A stretch of 64,000 bases of DNA from Nageia nagi (lineage: Eukaryota > Plantae > Pinophyta): assembly GCA_050084985.1 (NCBI GenBank), contig JBITNC010000001.1:138632001-138696000 (forward strand), given 5' to 3'. Positions 25,401 through 38,500 of the stretch are shown piece by piece. The number at the start of each line of letters is the position of its first letter. The stretch's first letter is position 1. The position numbers were made by a program, and so were the translations under genes. The notes under the pieces were generated by a model that worked only from the letters and a program-made list of their open reading frames with translations, did not search any database and was not told the DNA's origin.

Positions 25401-26790
25401 TAAGTTATGAATCAATATGATAATTAAGAATAGAATTTAATAAGTACATCAAACCATTGAAATTTTGAAAGAAAAATAATAAATTTGGATAATTGTTTGT
25501 ATGTAGCATCACATAGGTGACATGAATGGTGACCTTTTCAATTAGTTGTATGATTTGGATAATAGATTGATGCTTATCCAATGCCAAATAGTTGAATTCT
25601 TAGTTAAAAAGACGAATCAAAATAAATATGAAAATAATTCATTATGTAATATCATCAAACTAGTCAATTGACAAATGTTTGTAGGAGATATATGAAAAAA
25701 ATAGCTTTCAGAATTTGAAAGTGACAAGATATTCAAAATGTATTGGTAAGTGTTATTTATAAGAAAAAGAGGCCACATGGCATCCTACTATAGGCTAAAT
25801 ACTATGGTAGTTAAAAGAGAGACAAAATTTTTCATGAAAATAGAAGAAAGGGATATCTCTAGATTGATGGAATAATTGACAAATTAAAATAAATGAGCCG
25901 CCTAATCCTTATTTAAAGGAAAAAGGGTGACACATAGAATCCCAATGTTGGATGATATTATAGTGATGTAGAGGCATATTTATACCATATGAAAGCATCC
26001 TAATGGCTCTATGTTTTCTCCATATAGTAGCAGCATGCCCCCACACCAATGGTAAAAGACTTGAAACTCACCAAAAAATTTTACATAACATTTTGTAGGT
26101 TAAAATTCATTTTTTTAATTTTTAATATTGCACAAAAAAAATTTCTATGTGGATTTTGAGGTAGGGCTCTTAAAATGAACCTTGTTCATCAACTATTTGA
26201 TAATGCTTGAATATACAAATTTTTCATGAGCCAAACTCTATATTTCATCCAACTACTATTAATCCTCATTTCATAGAAATCTTATCTTAAATATGATAAG
26301 ATATAAAAATGCTTATTTACTTACTATCAATCATTGTAATTACATCTTGATTGAAAATATTTCTTTCAAACTTAATACTATGGCTTAAGCTTCCAAATCG
26401 TATTGCTCAATTGCTATGTAGATCTTGTGAGTAGGTTTCTTATTAGTTTTCAACCTTTGATGAAAAATAATGAGCATAGTGTGATCCTCCACATTCAAAG
26501 CACCCTCACTTAGGAATAGGCAGCTTATCCTTAGAATCTTTCTTATTATCCTCATCATCAAAGTTCCATTACTTTGAGGGTTCATTTTTATTAGGAATCT
26601 TCATTTTCTCTATTGGTTAAGGTTTCTTGTACCTTCACTCATGTTGTAAATGAATTTTTATTTCTTCTACCTCTTATACCAGAACTTGGATTTCTTAACC
26701 GTGTTATCATCCTTAGTTAAATACTCAAGATAGCTCTTCCTAAAAGTTTAGTTGCTTTCCTCCTTCCTAGCCATGTCGTATGGCTTTTGG
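22490..26790. repeat. Tandem duplication of a ~2.3 kb unit (22490-24780; 24781-26790)
   Basis: Duplicated ORF-track peptides (22870/25006; 24328/26385). The second unit lacks ~230 bp near 25015. Confidence 0.92.
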
Positions 26791-27708
26791 AGGGTCTTGA
26801 ATTGATGTAGATTTATAATAGTCTTGATCTTATAATTTATTACCAAGATGAACTTTTGAATCTTCAATTTTTTTTTAGTCTCATATTAAAACATATGAAG
26901 ATCATGTGAAGAGGGAGAGTTTCTTGCCTAAGACCTCTTTTCTTCCACTTGAGATATTTAAACACCCACTTGGCTCTCCAACTCCCCTCATGATTTGATG
27001 AAGAGGGAATATATCAATAGGTATTTATGTCAAAAAATATATATAAATGAACCTCTAAAATTTGAGAAGGATGGAACACTTCACTTTATGTACAACCTCA
27101 AGAAGTCAATTTACAATTTGAAGAAAGATATAAGGCATGATAAAGGTAAATACTTTCCTCACAAATTCAATTTTTATGATATTCAGAGTAGAATTTAATA
27201 TATCTATTATAAAGTAAGGGATGATCATAAATTTTCCATTACATTATATGTTAATTTTCTGATTATGACAAATTATCCACATAAGATCCAAATATTTATG
27301 AATAGACTAAATGATACCTTTTTGATTGTTGATTTAGGAGTTAATAATTCTTTGATTTGCAATTAAGTAAGTTTAGGAAGATATTTCTTTTTACGAATAA
27401 AATTATGTTTTGAATAATTTTGAAAAATAATAGTACTTAAAAATTAAAATTAATACTTGTTGCATATAATAAATAAAACACAGTATATGTTTTAAACAAA
27501 GACATGAATCAATATTTAATTAATACCTCAATTAATTAGAAGCGTAAAAGAAAAAGAAATAAAATTTGGATAAATATTTGTATTCGGCATCACATAGGTG
27601 CAATGAAAGCTGATTTAGTCAAATAATCTAATGTACATGAAGGGCCAAATTGTTACAAAAAAACAGTCAATTTGGGCATCCTTCTGTATTGAATGAAATG
27701 AGCTTATC

Positions 27709-28583
27709 TCAAGAAGAAGAAAGACTGTTCAAGAGTGCAACTCTAGCAGAAATAAAAGCTTCGAAGAGATGGTCTATTTTGTGATCCAAAAGGGCTGGAG
27801 CTCTGTCCAAGTCTTGGAGTGCCGTGTTGATTTCAGAGAGTTCAAAAGTCATGTGCAGCTTGGAGTTGGAGTTGAGTCGATTGTTGAGGTTATCAAGTGC
27901 AACATCTGCCCTCTCTAACTCGACCAACAACCACCTCTTGGACTTCCACCTTCTCATTTCAACGTTCTACTTTAGCTTGGTTTGTAGATTGCTAAGAGGA
28001 AGTGATACAGATAGAGACGGCATCCTAAGAGGATTGACGGAAAATGAAGCCACTAGTGCAGAACACACCAAGATGGCAATGAAAGCTTCTTCACCTGATC
28101 GTGCTTGCGCTTTTGCCTGGAGGCTTATGCTATCAGCCATTCGCCTGAGTGTAGACATGCATTTCTCAAGTCTGGATTGGACGCCCTTATTCTTTAGGCC
28201 TTAAAAACAGGAGTAAGCTGCCCGATCTTTGAAGGGCATTGATTCGAATGGCTACCTGCACAGACGTGTGCTGCTTCCTCGTTTCAGCTATGCTATCTCT
28301 CAACACATTGCAGATGTCTAGCAGATGGAGCATGTCTTCCAGATGTAGGTCCACCCATTTGCATCCCTTGTGCCCTCAATGTCAAACCCTAATTCTGAGG
28401 ATCTGCGACAAGCGTTGATCACCACCTCCAAAGCTTCTCCAAGCCAATCTGCGCAGTAATATGAGCAAGAAGGCTGTTCCTGTAATGTTTCCAGATCAGC
28501 TGCGAATTCAGAGATGGCTGGGTGCCTTTCGAGTGTGGAGAGCATACTCCATGATCGCTTATGCCTGTGCCCCTCTCTGCGTG
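27709..28583 (-). pseudogene. DUF241/DUF793 (BPS1/ROH1-like) gene copy A2, 5'-deleted
   Basis: Near-identical to A1 but has a 306-bp deletion removing the ATG (junction GTG 28581-28583), a 4-nt deletion near 28369, the -2 frameshift shared with A1 near 28203, and CAG>TAG at 27967. Confidence 0.85.
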
Positions 28584-29859
28584 TCCAACTAATTTCCTCC
28601 TCCTAAAATCCATATTTTATTGCAGAAAAGACCTTCGCATATTGTTATCTTACAACTATTTTGGTGGATCTCTGACATGCTATAAATCAATCTCTATTGT
28701 GTGCTGTCCTCCTCACCAACAACAAGGGGACAGCTTTTCGTTGTCATGAAAGGATTCTCATCTTCCATGACGAATATCAAGGTTCTCATCAAGCTATGAC
28801 TGTCTGCTTCAGAGATGAAAGGATGACAACAATCACCTTCGTGATGAATATGAAAGTCTTTCATCAAGCTATGATTGTCTCCTTAATAGATGAAGCGATG
28901 ACAAGATTCATTTGAGTTGTGTTATTTAGTAGTATTGTTGTATTTAGTTGTTGTATTTCCTACCTATAATATGAAAATGGATACATAAGTAAAGTATCAT
29001 TTTATGTCTATTTAGATAATCATGTCATTAAAATTATAAAACACATGATGGATAATTTAATTTATTCATGAATAATGTAAGAAGGGATCCATTGTGGTAG
29101 GATGCTACCAATAAAACTGAAAACAAACATAGATAAGATTAATCTCAACACTACATTTTTGTATTAGGTAAATATTTCTAATAACTTGTAAGGATCTGAA
29201 TGTATACTACATGATTATATGCACCAAGATATAATATATTTCTTAAAATACTCCAAATACAACCATACAAATTTAAATAGATCATATTCATAGCATATAA
29301 AAATGTATCCTATATAAGGAAATAAGATATTCAAATAAAATTTAAAGAAAATGATGTATAAAAAATATTTTGTCTTCATAATTTTTTTAATATACTTACA
29401 TTTCATATTTGATCATATGTAATATTTCTTTTTTTTTTTACTTTTTTGAATTATATAAGATTTAGTATTCCTTATAATTCTTGGTAATATTTTCTACAAT
29501 ATCTTAATAAATATTATTATAATATCTTAACAAAGGATTTAGAAATAACATTGATTAAGATCCTAGCAATTATACTTTAAGAGGAAGAACTGATTTTTTA
29601 TCAAGGGTTGGTAAATATGTGATGAAATAGTCATTGTACATGGAATAATTCATTGAATAGGCAAGAATAAAAAGCTAGTTGTGATTATTAAGCCTTACAT
29701 AAGGAAAATATATGTCAAAATATCATGAATATTATATAACAAGGTCATATAAAATAGAAAAATATAAATAAAAATATATTTTAATGTTCACGAGTGATCG
29801 AAAATAGCTCAATGGGACTCAACATTGGTACAATCTAGTTAAATGATAAAAAGAACTAG

Positions 29860-32800
29860 AGTTGATAACCCTTGGGACTTACAAAAGAAAATATAATAAT
29901 TATTATGAGTGTCCCAAGCTAGAAGAGGGATCAATTGTAGAGGAAAGAAAACTATTAATACATAGCTATCATTTAAGCTATAATTGGACAGTGCCTGTAT
30001 CAGATATGAGATGATGTCATGTCAACCTAAAACTATAAGTATCCTAAAGAGTATTTTATGAAGGATGTTTCTTCATAATAAGATCTTAAATAGGCTAAAA
30101 GAAAGAGCTAAGCACTCTAGTTGTATTTGGGATCTCTATAGATTGTTGTAAAGATACTTGCCTAAAAAGGATGATCTATCTCAAAAATAGTGCTAGGCAT
30201 CTTTGGTTAAGAAAATAAAAAATATGTGCAAGTAGCCCCGAGAATATTTGTACAAGTAATAATATCATCCTAGGTAGGTGTAAGTAGTGTAGATTTCAAT
30301 TATCTCACCTTTATAGCAAAAATGGTATCTAGGAAGAGTGCCACTAGAGGTACTAAAGATCATGATCTTGGTTTTATCAAGGTTATCTATGAGATATTTT
30401 TGGTCACTCAAACTAGAAAGTACATCCTATTATCTCTAAATCCCCTCAAAGGAGTCTGATAAGAGAATCACATCATTTACAAATAGAAGTATAGTAATTT
30501 AGATCTAATGAAGCAAATAACTATTTTCTATGTGAGTGTGTAGTCAAACAAAGTCCTCAAGGTCATCAATATACATGCCAAAGAGAGTGGCTGAAAGGGG
30601 GCACCCTTGCTTAACTATAATAGTTCTAGTGACCATATCTAAAAAATTATCCATAATTTAGAATCCACTAACCACTATATCATAAATCCTTATGATGAAA
30701 ATAGAAAATGTATAAGAGATACCAATAGTACATTAATTTTGAAAAAGTAAGTATCGTGGGATATTTTCAAAGGCTATCCTAAAATCAACAAATCAACAAA
30801 ACACCTAACGAGCCTCCTTAATGATAGCTCAAAGGATGAAGATATGATCTATAATATGGTATTCCCTCCTAAATCTTACCTTCCCTCTTACCATAAGGTT
30901 ATTCTACTCCAAATGATATGATAGCATCATGTTCAGAGTTGTGGCATAAAGCATGGAAAAAGTATGTCTAATTATTATGGTTCTATAATTGTTAAGATTA
31001 AAAATCTCCTAATTTGTGAATAGGATAAATGATATAATGTAAACATGAGAGAGAAAATCCTAAACATAAAACACCATTAAATAAAATAGTAATAGGAGAT
31101 GAAAGTGAGTCACCACCATAGTTTAGAAACTCAACTTGCAAGCCTTCATAATTTACTACTTTATCAATACAAAGGTTTCAAATGGCTCTAGAAATCACTC
31201 ATAGGTAAAAAAGATGACAAGATAGGAGGTGATAGAATGTGTGGAGTACGTTGAACAAGAATATCATAAACTTAACTATCATATGATACCAAAAACTAAG
31301 GTTCTATGTTATATGAGGGTTGTTTCCTTGGAAGGAGGGCACACCAAAAGGTTCTAGGAGAGTGATAGATGTAGTCAATAAAAACATGCCAAGTAGTGGT
31401 AAAAAAATGATGTCTCTTTTGAAGATGATCATGACAAACTCTTTATATGGACAATAAAGAAGAACAATTATGGGAGAGAGAAAAGTGAAGTATCTTATGC
31501 ATGGATTTATATTTTACATCATACCATTGATTCCTAAGGTAGGAATTAGAATAGTGAGGTAAACAAGAATGAAAGGTCTTGTGGGGAAAGGCATTAAGGT
31601 CTTCCTTCTAGAGCATATTGGATAAAAGCTTATATGTGGTAGTGACACTTTTAGGAGCATAGAGTAGATTACTATTTTAATCTAGAAGTGATGATAGATA
31701 ATTGGTATATTGGTTGATATACTAGGAGCTTAAAAGGATAGTGGTATGTTGAATACTGGAAGGACTCAAAGAAGGGAGAAAATTCAAGGTGAAGGCAGTT
31801 AGGGGGGTTTACTAAGAGAAAAAGGAATATAACTGCATGGTATGTAAGGGAAAGACTATGTGATATAGTAAGGTCCTGAATGCAAGGAATAGAATGTAAG
31901 CTAGCTCATACATAGTCCACCACACTTGCTCCATAATTATAACTAAATTTGATGAATCTACTAGAGTAAGAAAGATAACCATACACCATTACAATTTGAA
32001 CAAGTAATGTTAACCATATCATTTATTACTAATACTAGAGAGCACCTTAATTTGATTGGCCAAGGGCATGACTAAAAAAAGGGAGGTGAATCATGGATCA
32101 CTAGTCTATGATCATAGATAACAACCCATTTATTTTCTTTTTATGCAATAATAAGTAGATATTGAGCCTTATATAGCTCTTCAATTTTGAGTCTTGTGAG
32201 ATCATATAAGTAAATTTTTTATGGAAGAAGAAGAAATTTTTTATTTGCTCGAAAGGTTTGTAGGCAATTATTTGTTACATCAAATCGATCAATTAGTGTG
32301 TCATTTTTTATAGTCTATGTTTTTTCTAGGGTAATACTTTTCAAGTCGAAAGTATCATGAATGAATATGTGCCCATCTTGTAATGGAGAGTTGGTTTTGG
32401 GAAGACCAAAAACTCGAAGATTGAGTTCCTTAGTATGGCAAACCTTATCTTTTGTAAATTCATCTTATTGAACCAAGTCAACAAAAAGGAAGGCTTTTAT
32501 CCTTAATTGTTTGATCCCATGAATGATGTTTTGTGACCTACTTCTATATAGATTATTATTGAATAGCAGTTTCCTACTTGAGTTATTCATATTGTGTGAG
32601 AATTTTTTATTAGTTATATTTAAGTTCAGTAACCACTTCCTAGATTTGTTGTAATTCTTGATGTGAAATTATACTAGAAGAGGATGTTCGGGAGATTCAA
32701 GTATCTCATTTCTACTATTCATCTCTAATATGAATTGGTCCTTTTATGTTATTATTGTTTAAGCAATGCAAGCTTTTTTTGAGAGCTAACAATAATCATT

Positions 32801-32910
32801 TCTAGTTGTGAGATACACAAATATTCTTGAGCTTATGCATTACTAGTATTTCTTTGCTCTTCCAATTGAGAGATCTATTAAGCTTGTATAGTTATGATAT
32901 CCTTTTTCTT
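29860..32910 (-). mobile_element. Duplicated copy of the degenerate LINE
   Basis: Same RT motifs (VKQGCPLSATLFGMYIDDL ~30560-30615) and GASVVDYV at ~31910-31932. Same flanks as 2600-5650. Confidence 0.85.
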
Positions 32911-33130
32911 TGAGACTAGAATATATATATTTGAGAGTTGCTTCTTGAATAGGTCTAATTTGAATTGAAATAAATTGATCTTCCCTTGGGTATTTGAGTT
33001 TTTTGTATACAAATATTTAATAAATTGATTTTTCCACTTTTTAAAGATCATATGGGTTTAGGAATCATTTGCATACAAGATTAGGTCACATGTAGATGAA
33101 TAAGGGTAGATGTAGATGAATGAAGCATAG

Positions 33131-33800
33131 CACTACTAGAAAACCCTAGATTTACATCATTTTTTATATCCAAATTTAGTGATTTTTTTTAATGTTTTTT
33201 ACTCAAAACCTATACAAATTTGGACGCAGTTAACACAATAGAATTTTCATCAATTTTTGTATCTTCCTTTAATCCTTTTTTACATCCATTTTTTCTATCT
33301 TCAAGGTTTTTTTTGCATCCAAATGTATTATTTCATGTCATCTTTTATTTCCTTTGTAACATCATTTGGGACTTTTTTTGTGTCAGTCTTATTTTGTATT
33401 GTTTGGTGTCTTAAGTTGCATCAATTTTTGCATCTAGTTGCATTTGATTTTACTTCTGTATAAGTAATTTTTTATATTGATTTTTTTAAATTTTAAAAAA
33501 TAATTATTTTAAAGTAATTCATATAATTTTATTTAATTTCATTAATTCAATTATTAAAATATATTATAATTATATATACAAATATATAGACCAAAAAATA
33601 TGCTAAAATACTGCCAAAAAATATTTACATCAAAATGATAACATATATGTCAAAACATTATAATAGCCATATCAAAATATATACATCAAAATATGCCAAA
33701 AGGATATAAATATATACATTTGATATGTATATATACATAAAAGTGATATACATATACATCTATACCATTACAACCACATCATATAATATGTAAAAATGAG
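33131..33800 (+). mobile_element. CACTA terminus remnant (duplicated; third copy starts at 40934)
   Basis: CACTACTAGAAAA at 33131 and at 40934 in the same context as 5888. Confidence 0.55.
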
Positions 33801-34533
33801 ACAATGGTATCACATCATGAGTACATACTAGCTCTCGATATCAACATCCTCGCCAGATGACTCACTACCTAAGCAACTACCTAACTTATGACATGAGCCA
33901 TCCCATGACTAACTGACTGGGTAGTTGATTGGCTAGCTGACACATAATGATCATGATCATCATCTGATCCAAATAAATCCTCATTTTTCAATACATCATT
34001 TGGTTACCTTAATAGTTGATCATGATGTTGGATTACTTGTAGGTCATTTTGCTCTGTTTTACCCTTTGATGCACCCCTCATTTTTCAATACATCATTTGG
34101 TTACCAATGCATGGATGCTATTGTTGTATGTATTGATATTATTATTAAAAAATCATTATTTTAAAATAATTATCATTCTAAAATTGTACTAGTATTTTTT
34201 TTTAAAATATCTTATTGGTAAAATCCAAAAATTTATGTTGTACTACATACAATTTCTAAATTAATACTTGTTACATGTAATAAATAAAATAAGTTATATG
34301 CTTAAGACAAAGACATGAATAAATATGATAATTAAGAATAATATTTAATAAATGCAACAAACCATTATAAACATGGAAGACAAAAAGTTAAAAAATTGGA
34401 TAAATATTTGTATGGGGCATCACATGGGTGCCATGAATGCTGATTTCTTTAATGTCTTTAATATACATGAGGAGCCAAATTGTAAAAAATGGTCAATTTG
34501 GGCATCATTCTATGTTGAATGGAATGAGCTATG

Positions 34534-35502
34534 TCAAGAATCAGAAAGAGTGTTCTAGAGTGTAACTCTAGCAGAAACAAAAACTTTGAACAATTTGCCT
34601 ATTTTGTGATTCAAAAGGGTTAGATCTCTATTCAAGTCTTGGAGTGTCGTGTTGATTTAAGAGAGTTCAAGAGTCATATGCAACTTGGAGTTGGATTTGA
34701 TTCGATTGTTGAGGTTTTCAAGTGCAACATCTTCCCTCTCTAACTTAACCAACAACCACCTCTTGGACTTCTATCTTCTCATTTTAACATCCTGCTTTAG
34801 CTTGGTTTGTATATTGCTAAGAGGACGTGATACAAATAGAGACGACATCCTAAGACGGTTGACCGAAAATGAAGCCACTAGTGCATAACATATTAAGATG
34901 GTAATTGCCTTAGCATGGTTGACAGCCATGAAAGCTTCTTCACCTTATCCTACTTTTACTTTCTGCTGGAGGCTTACGCTATCAGCCATTCACCTAAGTG
35001 TAGACATGCACATCTCAAGTCTGGATTGGATGCCCTTGTTCTTTAGGCCTGAGAGATTCTCAAGTGAGCTGCCCGATCTTTGAAGGGAATTGGTTTGAAT
35101 GGCTACCTGCATAGATACGTGTTGCTTCCTGATTTCATCTATGCTATCAATCAAAAAATTGCAGATTTCTGGCAGATGCAACATTTCTTCTAAATGTAGA
35201 TCCACCAAATTGCATCCCTTACTTATACCATCAATGTCAAACCCTAATTCTATGGATCTACGACAAGCGTTGATCACCATCTCCAAAGCTTCTCCAAGAC
35301 AATCTATGAAGTAATATAAGCAAGAAGGTTGTTCCTGTAATCTTTCCAGATGAGCTACGATTTCAAATATGGTTGGGTGAATCTCGAGTGTGGAGGGCAT
35401 ACTCCATGATCGCTTATGGCTGTAACCATCTTTCCGTGGAGAGAGGGAGCGCAGGGATAAGGCCGCTCTAGGAGATGATAGAAGAGATCCAGAGGTGCTC
35501 AT
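34534..35502 (-). pseudogene. DUF241/DUF793 (BPS1/ROH1-like) gene copy B2; frame intact, four internal stops
   Basis: 969 nt = 323 codons from ATG 35502 to stop 34534. In-frame stops at 34990, 34771, 34657 and 34555. The first 170 codons are open. Confidence 0.85.
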
Positions 35503-35507
35503 GGTGG

Positions 35508-38500
35508 TCAGGATTACTGATGCTATTACATTTACATATGTATTTATATAGCTTATATTGTTGCAAGAGAGGAGACAAAGAGAAAGAATCCAACGGATAC
35601 CAAAGGCATCTAATCTTAAAAAAATCAATTTTGCATGACTTCTATCCTTGCCCTTTGGAATTTCCATGTGATGAATGCATGAAACCATCCATGCTGGAGG
35701 CTGTCTCCTTGTTGGGTCCTTGCAGATGATTCTACTTTCAGCTCACCATTTCAAACATGCCTAGTACCATGTGTCCAACTATTTTACTCCATCTAAAATC
35801 CATATTTTATTGCAAAACCTTCTTCGTATGCTGTTATCTTAACCACTTTGGTGGATCTCTGACATGCTATAAATCAATCTCTATTGTGTATTTTACTCCA
35901 CTGCCACAACAAAGAGGATATCTTTTCCTTTTCATGAAAAGATTCCCATCTTTCATGACGAATATCAAATCTCTCATCAAGCTATAACTGTCTCCTTGAG
36001 AGATGAAAGGATGACAACACCCATCTTGCATGATTATCTCCTTAAGGGATGAAGCGATGACAAGATCCATTTGAGTTGTCGTATTTATTAGTATTGATAT
36101 CTTTTTACATGGTGTTATATATATTTTATTTCATCTACTTATAATCATTTCATTCTAAATGATATCATAAGTTTTACATTTATTTGGATAATTTTGTATT
36201 ACTATTTAATTTGTATGAATACTTGGTTTTCATTATTATTTTCATTCTAATCTTATATTTAGCGATAAAGAATTTAAACAATTGATTGGTTAAAAATATT
36301 TGTAGTACATTTTAATTTTATTAAGTTTTAAAATTCAATGTAGAATTTCAAGGTTAAATAACTAACTATTGCAACAAAGTGCAATGGGTATAGTGTAGAA
36401 AAATATTTGGTTTTTATTTTAGAAATAAGTAGAGATTTCCGTAAAATTTGAATTGTATAATTTTTAATTAATTTGTAATTAATCTAGTTATGTACATAAT
36501 GAAAAATGTATGTAAATGTAAAGCGAGTAGATAAGTATATAGTTTGTTTTCTATAGATTATATGTAATTATTGTGTGAGAAATAATATTATTTTTCAAAT
36601 GTAAATGTTGGAAATAAATAAAGCGTTCCATAAAGTTTGAAATTTGTATTTTTGAATACAATTAAACTTAAAATAATGAGTATTTATCAAATGTGAACAT
36701 TGAAAATAACTATAGTGTTTGAGAATGTTTGAAATTTATATTTTTGAGTACAATTAAACTCTAGTAATGGATATATTGAAGAAAATGTTGTTTGTAATAA
36801 ATCTAGTTATGTACATAATGAAAAATATAACTAAATGGAAATGAAGTAGATAATGAGAAAATACTTTGTTCCAATATATGTTAGTTTGAGATTGATGTAA
36901 TACATTTACATTTGAAGAAATGGAAATGAGCATGTAATAGATTGAGAAATGAAGATAATTAAAATGTTGAATTACATTGTAATGAAGATAGTAAAATGTT
37001 GAATTACATTGTAAGTAATCTAGTTTTGTACATAATGTAAAATGTAACTAAATGTAAAGCAAGTACATAATAGAAATAATCTGAACCAATATACAAATCA
37101 CTTCTTTGTTGTTAATATTCAAACTCTGTGTATGTTATGGATATTTTTCCTATTACTCCATCCTTCCATAGGGTTGTAATTGGTTTTTCATAACAAAATT
37201 TTGCTTGACTAGGTTCATGTCAATTCACATATGCAATTCTACAAAATTAATCCATGAACAAGTTTACAGGAATTTTCTTTAGTTTACCATATTTTTAGAT
37301 ACCTAAAATGAGATACTAGAATGTTAGTTTTTGCATTTGTAAAATATATTTAAATAATTCAAAGAAATTGTTATGTTTGAAAATATGTAGGAAGGAAAAA
37401 ATTATATATTTTAGAAAATGTTAATGGAATTCAAAAATAATTTTACGATTTCCATAAAGAAAGAAAGACATATTTTATTTATATATATTTGCCTATAGAA
37501 TATTTAGCATAGGGAACCTGGAGAGATTTTATATGTTATTGATGTTGCCATGTGGGATGATTGGAAAGTGACAACAAATGTTGTTCTCCTTTTTCTAACA
37601 TACATGTATACCCAATTGCATTCTTTTCAATTTTTCAAAAGGAAAGATGGTTGTATGTAAATACAATTTAATGCACGTACTGTAGATATAGTTATGAAAG
37701 CTAGTCCTTAATGTTTAGTGTTACCAATATCAATAGTTTCCCTTTCAAGTAGAAGTCCTTATGATTTATGTATTGTTAGTTCCCATGCCATTTTTACTGG
37801 TATTTATCATTTTTGACCATAGTTTAAGGGTATATGAATTTGAATTATTAATGTTTTGAGTTATATTTAAGTTCAGTTACCACTTCCTAGATTTGTTGTA
37901 ATTCTTGATGTGAAATTATACTAGAAGAGGAGGTTCAGGAGATTCAAGTACCTCATTTCTACTCTTCATCTCTAATATGAATTGGTCCTTTTATGTGATT
38001 ATGTTTTAAGCAATGCAAGCATTTTTTGAGAGCCATCAGGATTACTGATGCTATTACATTTACATATGTATTTATATAGCTTATATTGTTGCAAGAGGGG
38101 AGACAAAGAGAAATAATCCAATGGATACCAAAGGCATCTAATCCTAACAAAATCAATTTTGCATGACTTCTATCCTTGCCCTTTGGAATTTCCATGTGAT
38201 GAATGCATGAAACCATCCATGCTGGAGGCTGTCTCCTTGTTGGGTCCTTGCAGATGATTCTACTTTTAGCTCACCATTTCAAACATGCCTAGTACCATGT
38301 GTCCAACTATTTTCCTCCATCTAAAATCCATATTTTATTGCAAAACCTTCTTCGTATGCTATTATCTTAACCACTTTGGTGGATCTCTGACATGCTATAA
38401 ATCAATCTCTATTGTGTATTTTACTCCACTGCCACAACACAGAGGATATCTTTTCCTTTTCATGAAAAGATTCCCATCTTTCATGACAAATATCAAATCT

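Larger units (their letters stand above)
27573..37861 (+). repeat. Segmental duplication copy 2
   Basis: Collinear with 1-11717. Ends at ...atgttttgagt, where it is fused to sequence equivalent to 5349. Confidence 0.93.

Noticed and set aside
22595-27198. Short ORFs repeated in the 2.3 kb duplication
   Set aside because: AT-rich chance ORFs whose recurrence is explained by the DNA duplication.
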